Assembly (NCBI GenBank): GCA_964394645.1
Contig: CAYMYC010000001.1
Coordinates: 47,241 to 111,240, forward strand
Source of the DNA: an uncultured Gammaproteobacteria bacterium
GTDB lineage: Bacteria; Patescibacteriota; Microgenomatia; Levybacterales; GWA1-39-11
DNA: 64,000 nt
Direction: 5' to 3'
How positions within the stretch are numbered: the stretch's first letter is position 1; every line of letters starts with the position of its first letter. Below, one piece after another: positions 29,321 through 39,649 of the stretch. The translations under genes were made by a program, and so were the position numbers. The notes under the pieces are model-generated. The model saw nothing but the letters and a program-made list of their open reading frames with translations. It did not search any database and was not told the DNA's origin.

Positions 29321-29929
29321 ATGTCCCATTCTGTCAAAAAAGCTCTTGACCATTTTAAAAAAACAGATATTATTCTATTTAAAGCAGCAATGACACTTGA
29401 TATTCCAGAGTTAGTACCACGTGGAGACCATTTTTACTCTCTTGTGAGAGCAATCACAAACCAACAATTATCGGGGAAAGCGGCTGATACCATCTATTCA
29501 AGGATTATAAAATTGCTTCCGGACGAAAAACTAGATGCTTTGGAGATATTAAAAATTGACGATCAAAAATTAAGAAATGCAGGATTATCATGGAATAAGA
29601 TATCTTACTTAAAAGACTTAGCGTTTAGAACTGTGCACAAGCAGGTACCCTTTGAAAGCTTTGATAAAATGAGGGAGGAAGACATAATCATCGAATTAAC
29701 TAAAATAAAAGGGATTGGACGGTGGAGTGCTGAGATGTTTTTGATGTTTCACCTGTGTCGTCCGGACATATTTTCATATGGGGACTTGGGTTTAAGAAAT
29801 TCTATTCAAAAGTTATATTTTTTAGAAAAACATCCGACGGCGAAGGAGGCTGAGGAATTATCTAGTAAGTGGAGTCCATACAGAACATATGCGAGTAGAA
29901 TTTTATGGATGAGCTTAGACAGTGTTTAG
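29321..29929 (+). CDS. alkA: DNA-3-methyladenine glycosylase II family (AlkA-like)
   Basis: AITNQQLSGKAA, LTKIKGIGRWSAEMFLMF, DLGL, WSPYRTYA. Confidence 0.9.
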   Translation: MSHSVKKALDHFKKTDIILFKAAMTLDIPELVPRGDHFYSLVRAITNQQLSGKAADTIYSRIIKLLPDEKLDALEILKIDDQKLRNAGLSWNKISYLKDLAFRTVHKQVPFESFDKMREEDIIIELTKIKGIGRWSAEMFLMFHLCRPDIFSYGDLGLRNSIQKLYFLEKHPTAKEAEELSSKWSPYRTYASRILWMSLDSV

Positions 29930-31050
29930 CTATCACTTATTTTTCCACCCTCAAGCATCTCTATACCTTTAATATCAGGCAATGCATTTCCCATAATCCC
30001 CTTGAGGTCTCCCTGCATTCCAAATGTACTATCAATTACCTGACGAATATACTTTTCATCTCTGGACCATTTACTTGCAAAATATCGTTTTTCTTTTTCT
30101 ATCTCAGTTTGCATATTTGTAAATGCTTCTATAATTGCTTCAATTCGATGTCTGAATTCTGTTCCTGAAAGATAGGTATATAATATATCCATCTTTTCTT
30201 GTTTCCCTTCATTTGCTCGTTTTGCCATTGCGATTTGAACTAACGATAGACGTAATGAATATGCAAGTCCCATCACAAATGCATGTTTTACTATCCAAAC
30301 ACCTTTGTGAAATTTTGCACTTTCAACGTCAGTGGGCACAGTTTCAGATATGAGAACTGCATGTTCTGCAGTAATAGACCGTTGATCAGACTTTAATTTA
30401 TCTACCCATGATTCACTCCATGCTTTTGTGTTTTTAAGTTCCCAAAGAATTTTGCCACAAGCGTTTCCATTTCTGTCGGTTACTTCCTGAATAATATCTC
30501 CTCCGCGGGTTCCTTTCGCTACTTCAGATACAGTGTCATTTGGAAATTCATGTTTAAGTTTTTCTTCAAATTCTAGCTCAAATGCCTCTCCTTGTGTTTG
30601 CTGAGAGCCTTGTTGAAGCTTACGTCTGGCATCTTCTAACTCCTTTAAGGTATCAGACAATTGCTTGTCCTTTTCTAAAATTTTAAGTCTCTGTTCTTCC
30701 TCCGCCTTTTTAGTTGCTTCAAATTTAATTTTTTCCGTGTCAGAAGCCAATTTTTTCTCCATCTCAAGTTCCCTTTCCTCATCCCTTGTTTTAAGATCGC
30801 GTATTGATTTATTTAACTCAAGTAGACTTTCTTGGAGTTTTTTGTTTTGTTCGCGTAGTTCTGATTTTTCATTTTCAGAATCTTTGAGTATAAGTTCTTG
30901 TTCGTATTGAAGTTTTTTCCGTACTTTTTCTTCTGTCTCAGTTTTTGCTTTTTCTATATCCTTCTCAAAATCTTCCTGAAATTCATGCTTTAGTGCTTCA
31001 GTTAGTTCAATCTCTTTTTTGCAATGGGGACAAAGGAAACTGTTTTGCAT
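29926..31050 (-). CDS. DUF2130-family coiled-coil protein
   Basis: N-terminal CPHC, long coiled coil, QGSQQTQGE, ILWELKNTKAWSESWVDKLK. Confidence 0.8.
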   Translation of the reverse strand: MQNSFLCPHCKKEIELTEALKHEFQEDFEKDIEKAKTETEEKVRKKLQYEQELILKDSENEKSELREQNKKLQESLLELNKSIRDLKTRDEERELEMEKKLASDTEKIKFEATKKAEEEQRLKILEKDKQLSDTLKELEDARRKLQQGSQQTQGEAFELEFEEKLKHEFPNDTVSEVAKGTRGGDIIQEVTDRNGNACGKILWELKNTKAWSESWVDKLKSDQRSITAEHAVLISETVPTDVESAKFHKGVWIVKHAFVMGLAYSLRLSLVQIAMAKRANEGKQEKMDILYTYLSGTEFRHRIEAIIEAFTNMQTEIEKEKRYFASKWSRDEKYIRQVIDSTFGMQGDLKGIMGNALPDIKGIEMLEGGKISDS

Positions 31051-31119
31051 GGTGGAACGTTACTTTATCATACGAATACATGTTGTTTCAATTACCTATT
31101 TTACCTAAAGAGACCTACT

Positions 31120-32403
31120 TTATCGGAAGTCAATTAATTTATACCCACGTGTTTTAACGGTTATAATTTCTTCTTTTGCATTTTGGGATTTGAGCTTGTT
31201 TCTCAGTCTTGCAACGAGTCTGTCTATTGCCCAATCAGACACGCCAAATGTTTCTGCCTCCGGCCAAACACGTTCGATTATTCTTTCCCGTTCGCATACG
31301 TCATTCATATGTTCCTTTAGAAAGGTTAGTAGGAGATGCTCTTTTTTACTTAGCTCGAGAACTTGCCTATCTCTTTTGTTTGAATGTATCTTTTCATGTA
31401 AAAAACGTTCAAACAGCGGACTAAAGACAGTCAAGTCGTGGGTAATTAGTCCGGTGTTAAATAAATATTCTCCCTTAATAGATTTCTGATTATTTCCCTT
31501 TGCAATATCTTTTAGAACTTGTCTCTCGTCATCGCTCAGACTTTCCCAAAGCTCTTCTGATTGTAGGGCAATTCTTTCATCTTGAAACAGAAAATTAAAA
31601 AGATTTTCTTTTTTTACGCTCACTTTTTCTTCATGAAGTGCAATAAGGGCATATTGGAGATATTGGTTATAACCATCAACTAGTCGTAACAACTCGTGTT
31701 CCAGGTTCATAAACCCTTTCAATGGGTATTGTTCTATAATCTTTTCAAAAATAATTTTAACGTCAGAAGCTTCTGCTGGTTTAATATAGAGGGTATCTGC
31801 GAACACAGAAAGTGCTTGTTTTGTAAATACGCTTGATGAGTGAGCATCCAACGGTCGAACACTTGTAAATACAAATGAAAGCTTATTTTGAGTCGCATCT
31901 ATAAGCCCTTGAAAATTTGCAAAGAAAGAGTGGGTTGCGACATCAATTATCCTATCAAAACGGATAAAAAATATTGTCGGACTGAAGCCTGCTTCACATA
32001 GGTAGATGAGGCTTTTTCTTACACCATCTATTGTTAGAAATAAATCTTGGGTTTGAATACTATCTAAAAAAAGTTGTGATATTTTCCTTTTAACCTCTGG
32101 ATTGGAAACGTTTTCCTCAACAAAATCCTCAATTCTTTTAAAGGTTAAAACCCAAAAAGGAAATATTTCACGTTCTACTAAGTTGTTTAAATCTACGGGA
32201 ATAAAAATATGCGTTTCGTCTCCTATATATTTTTTTTTAATGTCTTTGTGATTTAGGAAAAAACGTAAAAAGTTACTTATTCCAACACGCTTCATTCCTA
32301 CAAGTACGACTGACCGCCTATTTTTAAGAAGTAATCCAAGATTTTCTGAGTCAGATGACCTAAATTCAATAGGATATGATTCCTCTATGATGAAGGATTT
32401 CAT
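31120..32403 (-). CDS. Degenerate P-loop (STAND/AAA-like) domain fused to C-terminal OmpR-type winged-helix DNA-binding domain
   Basis: VVLVGMKRVGISN lacks the Walker A Lys; C-terminus LSKKEHLLL..IIERVW..AIDRLVARLRNKL..ITVKTRGY. Start uncertain (32403 or 32478). Confidence 0.8.
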   Translation of the reverse strand: MKSFIIEESYPIEFRSSDSENLGLLLKNRRSVVLVGMKRVGISNFLRFFLNHKDIKKKYIGDETHIFIPVDLNNLVEREIFPFWVLTFKRIEDFVEENVSNPEVKRKISQLFLDSIQTQDLFLTIDGVRKSLIYLCEAGFSPTIFFIRFDRIIDVATHSFFANFQGLIDATQNKLSFVFTSVRPLDAHSSSVFTKQALSVFADTLYIKPAEASDVKIIFEKIIEQYPLKGFMNLEHELLRLVDGYNQYLQYALIALHEEKVSVKKENLFNFLFQDERIALQSEELWESLSDDERQVLKDIAKGNNQKSIKGEYLFNTGLITHDLTVFSPLFERFLHEKIHSNKRDRQVLELSKKEHLLLTFLKEHMNDVCERERIIERVWPEAETFGVSDWAIDRLVARLRNKLKSQNAKEEIITVKTRGYKLIDFR

Positions 32404-32519
32404 GATGGTATTGTACAGCTTTAGGGGAATCATATCAAACATATTTGTGTCAGGATTGTGTCTGGAAAATAGTATCATCTAGTCAAGCTGAAACATAAGG
32501 CACATTGTATTATCTAATT

Positions 32520-32681
32520 ATGACAAATGTGGAAGCTAGTAGAAAGATATTGCCGGTGTATGATGCTAGGGAGCTTATTCCTGATAAGGATCACATTATT
32601 GCAAGACTCGTAGGTGAAGGGTCACATGATTTTGGTAGCCAACCCGTAGTTATATATAGGAGAAAGGAGGAGAATAAGTAG
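32520..32681 (+). CDS. 53 aa small hypothetical protein (not in ORF track)
   Basis: Manual translation MTNVEASRKILPVYDARELIPDKDHIIARLVGEGSHDFGSQPVVIYRRKEENK*; its 3' end contains the SD of the next ORF. Confidence 0.45.
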   Translation: MTNVEASRKILPVYDARELIPDKDHIIARLVGEGSHDFGSQPVVIYRRKEENK

Positions 32682-32682
32682 T

Positions 32683-32895
32683 ATGGCAAGACTTATTGAG
32701 GCACAGCCAATGAAAGGAAGAGTATTCGGAGAGCCTAAGGGCATTAGTCAGAGAGCTAGTATAAAGCCATCTGTGGAGGATCTGCAACTAGCGCGTGAAG
32801 AGGCACAGGAGGATTATAGTTTATGTCGTCCGATTATCCCCAACGACCAGGTGGTAAAACGTCGTCAGTGGCTAAGACCTTCAAAAACAAAATAA
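32683..32895 (+). CDS. 70 aa hypothetical protein
   Basis: Strong SD AAGGAGG upstream; 1 nt after the preceding small ORF; 3' overlap with the convergent CAP gene. Confidence 0.55.
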   Translation: MARLIEAQPMKGRVFGEPKGISQRASIKPSVEDLQLAREEAQEDYSLCRPIIPNDQVVKRRQWLRPSKTK

Positions 32896-33476
32896 TTTCC
32901 GGATATTCCAATGCATGCAAATTGAGTATTTTTTTTCATATTTTCGGCATGTATTGGTGAGTTAATCCATTGGGATACTACTTCCATGGAGTTTGAATTT
33001 AGTGCTATATTTTCAGTAGCTATACTATAAGAAGAATAAGGAAGCATGTGGTTAGTTATCCTATTTGTAAAACCTTCATGGGTAAAGTTTGTAGAAATTT
33101 CCCCTGCACGAGTTTGAGCAAATGAACATGTTTCTGGGGTTGGGTACATGAGTGAAAGTCCATTTGCTTTTCTATAATTATTTACTTGTTCAAGTAAATA
33201 TTCAGATGTTGATTGTTGTTGGTCTACTGCGTTTATGGGCGGTATCGTGACATTTTGTGCTTGAGTGGTTGTAATCGTTTGTAAAGGAGCAGTTTTAATC
33301 GGTATTCTGGTTGGGATAGCTGTAGGGGTGGATATTAGGACTCTTTTTTTAGTATTTATGCTAGGTGGAGCAGCCTCTACTGGTGGTAATGTTAGGTAGG
33401 AGAGAGTAGCATACATCCCACAAGAGATTACAATAAAAACGGCGAAGATGAGCAAAAAAATTCTTGCCATATGCAT
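32865..33476 (-). CDS. CAP (SCP) domain protein with N-terminal TM
   Basis: LLEQVNNYRKANGL, FTHEG, ENIA, WINSPIHAENM. Confidence 0.88.
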   Translation of the reverse strand: MHMARIFLLIFAVFIVISCGMYATLSYLTLPPVEAAPPSINTKKRVLISTPTAIPTRIPIKTAPLQTITTTQAQNVTIPPINAVDQQQSTSEYLLEQVNNYRKANGLSLMYPTPETCSFAQTRAGEISTNFTHEGFTNRITNHMLPYSSYSIATENIALNSNSMEVVSQWINSPIHAENMKKNTQFACIGISGNYFVFEGLSH

Positions 33477-33576
33477 CAGACGTACACTTTACGAAATATA
33501 GAATTTAATTGTCAAATATAAACACAGCTTTAATAATTGCTGTTTGTGTTTATAATTCAATGAAATTAATACCTTC

Positions 33577-33846
33577 TTATTCTAATGTTCTTAGGAATTT
33601 AAGAATTGATTTCCCACGTTGAGTTAGAGAGTGTCTCATGCTTGTTTTATGAACCTGCTTTTTTATAAGACCTGATGTAGCAAGTTTTCTTACGTGTTCG
33701 CTTGTGGTTTTGTAATTAACTTTTATTTTCGTAGAAATTTCCTCCAATGAAATATATGGATATGCTTCTAAAATTTCTAGAATTTCAATTCTAGTGTGAT
33801 GAGCGAAACCTTTTATGATGACTTCAATATCACATGATGTGAGCAT
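33577..33846 (-). CDS. ArsR-like winged-helix protein
   Basis: KGFAHHTRIEILEIL..TTSEHVRKLATSGLI..LTQRG. Confidence 0.8.
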   Translation of the reverse strand: MLTSCDIEVIIKGFAHHTRIEILEILEAYPYISLEEISTKIKVNYKTTSEHVRKLATSGLIKKQVHKTSMRHSLTQRGKSILKFLRTLE

Positions 33847-33877
33847 ATTCTATTATTCTCAAGAATAAGAACATCAG

Positions 33878-34681
33878 TCAAGATGTTAGTTTTACTCTTG
33901 AATTGGTAGTATCTATAAACCCCTCTTTTTCCAGTTGCACTATGGCATCTCTGAAGTATTCGGTATTTGCAAATTGCCTTTCAAGTTTTCCCATGGGAAT
34001 ATTATTTGTATCAAGAAGAATTTTTATAATAGCGCCTCGTATTTGACGATTTGAGCCTTCAAATACAGTTTGCCTTGAATAATGTTTACTTTTGCGATTT
34101 GGATTAGATTCGAGTTTTCTTAAGTATGCACCATAATCCATCAAAGCGTAATACCATTCTCTGGGTCTTTTAAGATCAAGTGTTTGTTTGATTTGGATAA
34201 GTAAAGTTTCATCAGAAATTTTTTCCTGACCCATAAAGAATTCATGAATAAAAACACGTCTTATATTTGTTTCTATAAAAACAAAGGGTTTATTCGTCGA
34301 GAAAACATATATTGCTCCTGCAGTATTTATGCCAATGCCGGAAAACGTTTGAAGGGTTTTGGGATCAAGAGGTAGCTCCCCTGAATAGTTACAAATTGTG
34401 AGTTCTGCCATTCTTTTAAGATATAGAGCGCGTCTGTTATAACCAAGTCCGCTCCAAACTCTCAAAACATTTTCATTTGTAGAACGGTTAAGAGCAAAAA
34501 GAGTAGGAAATTTGTCAAGAAACTCTTTATATTTCGGTAGCACTCTTTCTGTTTGAGTTTGCTGTAGCATAACCTCCGATACAAGAATGTGATAGGGGTT
34601 TGTCGTATTTCTCCAGGGAAATACTCTTTTATTTTTGGAGTAAAAATTCCAGACCTTTTTTTTAAAAATTGAATCTTTCAC
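33878..34681 (-). CDS. mutY: A/G-specific adenine glycosylase, short MutY-like form
   Basis: PWRNTTNPYHILVSEVMLQQTQ, WSGLGYNRRA, ALMDYG; no Fe-S cysteines and no Nudix-like C-terminal domain. Confidence 0.85.
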   Translation of the reverse strand: MKDSIFKKKVWNFYSKNKRVFPWRNTTNPYHILVSEVMLQQTQTERVLPKYKEFLDKFPTLFALNRSTNENVLRVWSGLGYNRRALYLKRMAELTICNYSGELPLDPKTLQTFSGIGINTAGAIYVFSTNKPFVFIETNIRRVFIHEFFMGQEKISDETLLIQIKQTLDLKRPREWYYALMDYGAYLRKLESNPNRKSKHYSRQTVFEGSNRQIRGAIIKILLDTNNIPMGKLERQFANTEYFRDAIVQLEKEGFIDTTNSRVKLTS

Positions 34682-34693
34682 GTGACTAGTAGA

Positions 34694-37600
34694 TCAAGGG
34701 TTGTTATTTGTTTTTTCGTTATGAAACCATTGGTAATATACTACAGGAATAAAAAATAGCATAATTGTTCCTGAGAAAACGAGACCTGCAATAATTGCAC
34801 CTCCTAGACCCCTCCACAATGGGTCAGAAAGGGTTATGGGGATAAGACCCATGATAGTGGCGAATGTCGTTAGCGTAATCGGTTCAAGCCTACTTCCTGT
34901 GGCATCTGCTATGCTTTTAATAAAGGGCATATTGTGTTTTTCGTTTGCGGTTATTTTATCCACTATAAGTATTGAGTTTTTTACTACAATTCCAAATAGA
35001 GCCAGAACTCCAATGAGAGCAGGGAATGAGAGCGGGGTAGAAGAAACTGCGAACAGAATAAAAACACCTGAGATTGAAAGGGGAATAACCAGCATGACAA
35101 TTATGGCTTTTCTAAAAGAAGAGAATTGAATAACCATGGTAGCCAAGATGAGCGTAAAGGAGAGAAGCATAGCGCTAAGAATTGAGTTAATTGAGTTTTG
35201 GTTCTCTTCATTTACTCCCCCTGTTTTCCAGGTATATCCAGGTGGAAGATTAAGTTTTGAATCGGCAAATTTCTCAAGTTTTGTGTTTATTTCAGAACTA
35301 GTTGCTCCACCACGCACGCCGGCACTCACAGAGATAGTTCTTTCACCATCTTCGCGTGTAATTTGCGTCGGATTTGGTTTTAGCTCTAACATTCCTAGTG
35401 AAGTGAGGGGAACATTTCCTTTTTGAGTCGGAATAGAAAGATTATAGACATCTTCTATGCGTTGTTCACCTGTTCCAAGCCGTAATGTAATATCAGTCTC
35501 TTCAGAAAAATCTCCGGTTATTTTTGCGCTATCTAATTTTAGTCCTGATGCAAATGTTCTAAGCCAGCCAGCTATTGTTTCAACGCCGATATTATTTGTG
35601 GCAAGAATTTCTTTTTGTGGGGTAAATACGATTTTTGATGTTCCGTCTTTTATGGATTTTTTTGGTTCCACAATACCGTTTTGATCTTTTAGGAATGAAA
35701 TTACTTGATCAGAATAGCGGTCAAGTACGGATAGATCCTCACCTAGAAGTTTGATTTGAATATCTGCCCCTGCTGGAGGTCCGCCACTCACTTCAGTTAC
35801 CGTTACTATTCCCTTTGAATATTCCTTAAGGTCATGTCTTAGACTTTCTGCAAGCTGTATTGAGTCACGATTTCTTTCAGAGCGCTCTGGCAGTGTTATT
35901 GAGAATAAGACATTATTAGTCCCAGTACTGGTAGTACCCCCCATATCAGAAAATCCCTGTCCTATGTCTGAGGTAATATAAAGTATATCGGGTGTAGTTC
36001 TAAGTTTATTGAGAATAGAAATTGCCTCCTTTTCAGTAACTTGAATATTGGTTCCGACTGGAAGCTCTAGGGATACATATAAATTTTTTTGGTCGCTTGG
36101 TGGAAAAAATTCATTTTTTACAAATCCAAGAGGAAGCAATAGATAGGAAAACAATGAAAAAATTACGACCATTATAATAACTTTTCGTCTATTGCTTTTA
36201 CTCGATAAAATACGTTCCAGCACTCGTTCGTATCGGACACCTATTTTTTCAAAACTTATAAACCCATTATCTATATAAGACGGAATACGCGCTAGAAGTG
36301 GATTTTTATGATGTGCTGCCTTTACGTATATTTTTGTTTTTGTAAATAGTACTCTCCATACAATTATCGTGATAAATATCGTTACTATGAGGGAAATGAT
36401 TGAAAAGACTAAAAAGATGCCTTTAGGGGCTACAAAAAAGAACAGGGTTAATAGCCCGATAAGTAAAAGTGTTTGAAGTAGTATGGACACTCTGCGAGGA
36501 ATTTGGGGCTTGAGCAGGATTACCATAAAAGGTAGTGTCATAAACATTGCGACAAAAAAGGAAGCAATCAGTGTGCTTGAAACTACGATGGGTATAGACT
36601 TAATAAATTCTCCAATAATTCCTGACGCAAGAAGGAGGGGGACAAATGCCCAGACTGTTGTAAGGGTTGTGGTTAATATTGCCACGATAAAGTCTTTCCA
36701 AACAAGAATTCCAGTTTCAAGTGCCGTGAATTTCCCTGATCTAAAGTAGGAGCTCATTGCTGAAATAACAACAATTGCATCATCGACTAAAAGACCTAAG
36801 GAGAGTAATAATGAAAACATAGATAGAAAATTTAAAGAGATTCCAGTTATACGCATAACGGTAAAGGTGATAAGAAAAGTGAGTGGGACAGCAAAAAATG
36901 ATACTATTGCAGGGCGCGCACCTAGAAAAATAAACAGAACAGCAAAAACTAGAACAATTGTAAGGGTAAAATCACGAACAAGGTGGCTAAACTGCTCATC
37001 AATTTGTTCACCTGTATTTTGAATACTCCTTGCGTAGAATGTGTTTTTATGTGGTTCGATACTTTTTTCCACTAAATTCTCAGCGTCTAGAACGGCTTTG
37101 TCTATGTTTGAGCCTGATGTTTTGTATACATCAAACACAATAGCTTTCGTTGCAGCTTGTGTGCGGGAGGCAAAATATGTAGAGGGGGAATTTGGTTTTG
37201 AGCGTTCTGAAATAGATGCGATTGATGACAAAGGCACAATTTCTCCATTTATATTTAGTGTTAAATTTCTGACATCGTTAATACTAGAGATAGCAGGATC
37301 AATTGCAAGGCTAAACGAAGAATTTTCTGTTCTGATGGTACCTGAAGGAAATGATGCAAGCGAGTTCTTAACAAGCTGAGATAATAAGAAGGGATTAAGT
37401 TGATATGCATTTGCTGCATTTACATCCATGACAATACTTATTTCTTGCATCTCAAGCCCTCCGGTTCGTACATGATCAATTGACGGTAGCTCTTCAAGTC
37501 TATCCTTAATCGTTTTGGAAAATCGTGCAATACTCGCATAGTCTGACGTTCCAATAAGTGCAAATGTCCATACTGGTTGATTTTCAAAATCAATTTTTTG

Positions 37601-38032
37601 AACTTGGGGTTCTAGAGCGTCTTCGGGAAGAGCGACTGCATCAACTACTCCTTGTATATCAGTTTTTGCTTTTTCAGGGTCTACTGAAGAGTTAAATTCT
37701 ACCTGAATAACGGAAGAGTTATCCTGAGACGTGGAGGTTACAGTGGTGATTTTTTCGATTGATCTGACGGCATTTTCAAGCGGAATAGTAACTAGAGACT
37801 CTATGTCTTCTGGTCCTGCGCCAGGGAGGACTGTTGCAACTATTATTAATGGAATTTTTACCTCTGGGTTAAGACGCCTTGGAAGACTCATGTATGAAAT
37901 TGTTCCAATTCCAATTACAATAAGGAGAATGAGCATAGATAATCTCGGATTTCCAAGATATTTCGCAAACCAACTATGCTTAAGTTTTGGATCGAACTGT
38001 AATTTGTGAAGATAAGATAGGGTTTTTTTCAT
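34694..38032 (-). CDS. RND efflux permease (AcrB/AcrD/AcrF family)
   Basis: LGLLVDDAIVV, GIIGEFIKSIP, GIVVKNSILIVD, RLEPITLTT. Confidence 0.95.
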   Translation of the reverse strand: MKKTLSYLHKLQFDPKLKHSWFAKYLGNPRLSMLILLIVIGIGTISYMSLPRRLNPEVKIPLIIVATVLPGAGPEDIESLVTIPLENAVRSIEKITTVTSTSQDNSSVIQVEFNSSVDPEKAKTDIQGVVDAVALPEDALEPQVQKIDFENQPVWTFALIGTSDYASIARFSKTIKDRLEELPSIDHVRTGGLEMQEISIVMDVNAANAYQLNPFLLSQLVKNSLASFPSGTIRTENSSFSLAIDPAISSINDVRNLTLNINGEIVPLSSIASISERSKPNSPSTYFASRTQAATKAIVFDVYKTSGSNIDKAVLDAENLVEKSIEPHKNTFYARSIQNTGEQIDEQFSHLVRDFTLTIVLVFAVLFIFLGARPAIVSFFAVPLTFLITFTVMRITGISLNFLSMFSLLLSLGLLVDDAIVVISAMSSYFRSGKFTALETGILVWKDFIVAILTTTLTTVWAFVPLLLASGIIGEFIKSIPIVVSSTLIASFFVAMFMTLPFMVILLKPQIPRRVSILLQTLLLIGLLTLFFFVAPKGIFLVFSIISLIVTIFITIIVWRVLFTKTKIYVKAAHHKNPLLARIPSYIDNGFISFEKIGVRYERVLERILSSKSNRRKVIIMVVIFSLFSYLLLPLGFVKNEFFPPSDQKNLYVSLELPVGTNIQVTEKEAISILNKLRTTPDILYITSDIGQGFSDMGGTTSTGTNNVLFSITLPERSERNRDSIQLAESLRHDLKEYSKGIVTVTEVSGGPPAGADIQIKLLGEDLSVLDRYSDQVISFLKDQNGIVEPKKSIKDGTSKIVFTPQKEILATNNIGVETIAGWLRTFASGLKLDSAKITGDFSEETDITLRLGTGEQRIEDVYNLSIPTQKGNVPLTSLGMLELKPNPTQITREDGERTISVSAGVRGGATSSEINTKLEKFADSKLNLPPGYTWKTGGVNEENQNSINSILSAMLLSFTLILATMVIQFSSFRKAIIVMLVIPLSISGVFILFAVSSTPLSFPALIGVLALFGIVVKNSILIVDKITANEKHNMPFIKSIADATGSRLEPITLTTFATIMGLIPITLSDPLWRGLGGAIIAGLVFSGTIMLFFIPVVYYQWFHNEKTNNNP

Positions 38033-38043
38033 TGTACATATAA

Positions 38044-39561
38044 TTACTTGTCTGTTTTTATTTTTTCTCCTGAAACAACGTTTCGATTGAGAATTATTTT
38101 ATCTCCATCCTGAATTCCTGACGATACTTCAACATAACTTCCGTATACAGCACCTAGTTTTATAGTTTTTGAAACAACTTTATTATTCTTTTCAACAAAA
38201 ACATATGATGAGTTTTGTGATTGAAACACAGAATCTATTGGAATAAAAGGGACTGATGCTAGAGTGTCTCCGTAACCTATAGGTGTTTCAACGGTAATAT
38301 AGCTTTTGTTTACTACTTTTGAGATATATTCAGTAGGTAGTACATAGAGAACGTTATAAAGTAACGATTTTGTCGGTACGCCAGATACATAAGAAGGCGC
38401 GAGCAGTATTTTCTCCCCATCTATATGAATTGTGCTTGGAGTTGCTCTTGATATATTTTTTGCTACCTCTTGGGGTACGAGAAGACTTAGTGTGGCTTTG
38501 GGATTATCGCTTGAAATCAATGCTATAACTGTTCCTGGATTGACTGACTCTCCCGGAGAAACCATAATTTTCTCAACAGTCCCCTGAAATGGCGCTGCAG
38601 GTTGCATGAGTGCAGAAGTTACTAGCGCAATATTATACTGTATTCTGGATGTTTCCTTTGAAAGTAAAAGAGCTTTTTCTTGTAATTCAAGTTGTTTGTA
38701 TGATATATCCTTTTGTATATTTGCAAGTTGTGTGGGTGGGTTAGCAGTATTAGTTGTATACTCAAGGCTTTTAAGTGTAGCTCTTAGCTGATTCACTCCT
38801 GATTGGGCTTGAGCTTTTGCTTGTTGAGCACCCAGTAATTGTTCCGGTGTTGCGCCATTTTGTTCAAGTGTTTCGAGTTGATTTGTTAGCGTGTTAAGGA
38901 TTGTTTCATTTTGGTCTAATAACCCTTTTGTATTTGTCTCAGACTCATCAGAAATTTTCCTGAGTTCTTCAGTGTTGTTATTTATTTTTTCAGTAAGTTC
39001 CCTTTGTTTTCCGATCAGGTCTTTTTGTGTGTCAAAGGTGTCTTGGATATTTTTATATTGCGCGCCTGCTAATTGAGCTTGAAGGCTGGGAGTATTACCA
39101 CCCTGATAGTTGGTTGAGAGAGATACGAGCGTTTGTCCATCGTTTATACGTTGACCATCTGTAACATAAACTTCTTGAACAATTCCTGGCATTTGAGCAA
39201 CTATTTCTACAACTCCTTCTTGTTTAACTTGTGCTTGAAGCGCTATTTTTGGGGATTCTCCAATGGAATATACCTTAACTCTTTTAACGAGCTCTTTTGT
39301 TTGTTCTGATTTTATTCCAAGCTTAGAACTAATATTTCCTAAAACGATAATAAGAAGCAATATTCCAAGCGCAATAAAAAAACTAAGAAAAGGGTGTTTT
39401 TGAGCACGAATTAAGAACTTTTTATATCCAGGTTTTACCCTTTTTTGTATAGAATAAAATATTTTTTTTATTTTTTTTGAAAATGTACCAAACAAGCTTA
39501 AGCGGTTGATCGGGGCAGATCTTTTCGCGTTTGGCATTTTTGTTAAATGCCTTTTTACCAT
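38044..39561 (-). CDS. Membrane fusion (adaptor) protein
   Basis: TM, lipoyl half-motif (IVAQMPGIVQEVYVTDG), long coiled coil, APFQGTV; adjacent to the RND gene. Confidence 0.88.
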   Translation of the reverse strand: MVKRHLTKMPNAKRSAPINRLSLFGTFSKKIKKIFYSIQKRVKPGYKKFLIRAQKHPFLSFFIALGILLLIIVLGNISSKLGIKSEQTKELVKRVKVYSIGESPKIALQAQVKQEGVVEIVAQMPGIVQEVYVTDGQRINDGQTLVSLSTNYQGGNTPSLQAQLAGAQYKNIQDTFDTQKDLIGKQRELTEKINNNTEELRKISDESETNTKGLLDQNETILNTLTNQLETLEQNGATPEQLLGAQQAKAQAQSGVNQLRATLKSLEYTTNTANPPTQLANIQKDISYKQLELQEKALLLSKETSRIQYNIALVTSALMQPAAPFQGTVEKIMVSPGESVNPGTVIALISSDNPKATLSLLVPQEVAKNISRATPSTIHIDGEKILLAPSYVSGVPTKSLLYNVLYVLPTEYISKVVNKSYITVETPIGYGDTLASVPFIPIDSVFQSQNSSYVFVEKNNKVVSKTIKLGAVYGSYVEVSSGIQDGDKIILNRNVVSGEKIKTDK

Positions 39562-39649
39562 ATGCGTGTAAGTGAGGCATTGATTTTAACAGAAAATGAT
39601 GTGTTAACACAAGCCTGCATGCTTCTTGCACCCACTATTTTTAGAAGAG

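Noticed and set aside
39562-39649. Possible structured RNA upstream of the RND adaptor gene
   Set aside because: Pairings are short and the region is explained by a minus-strand extended -10 promoter (TGtTAAAAT)
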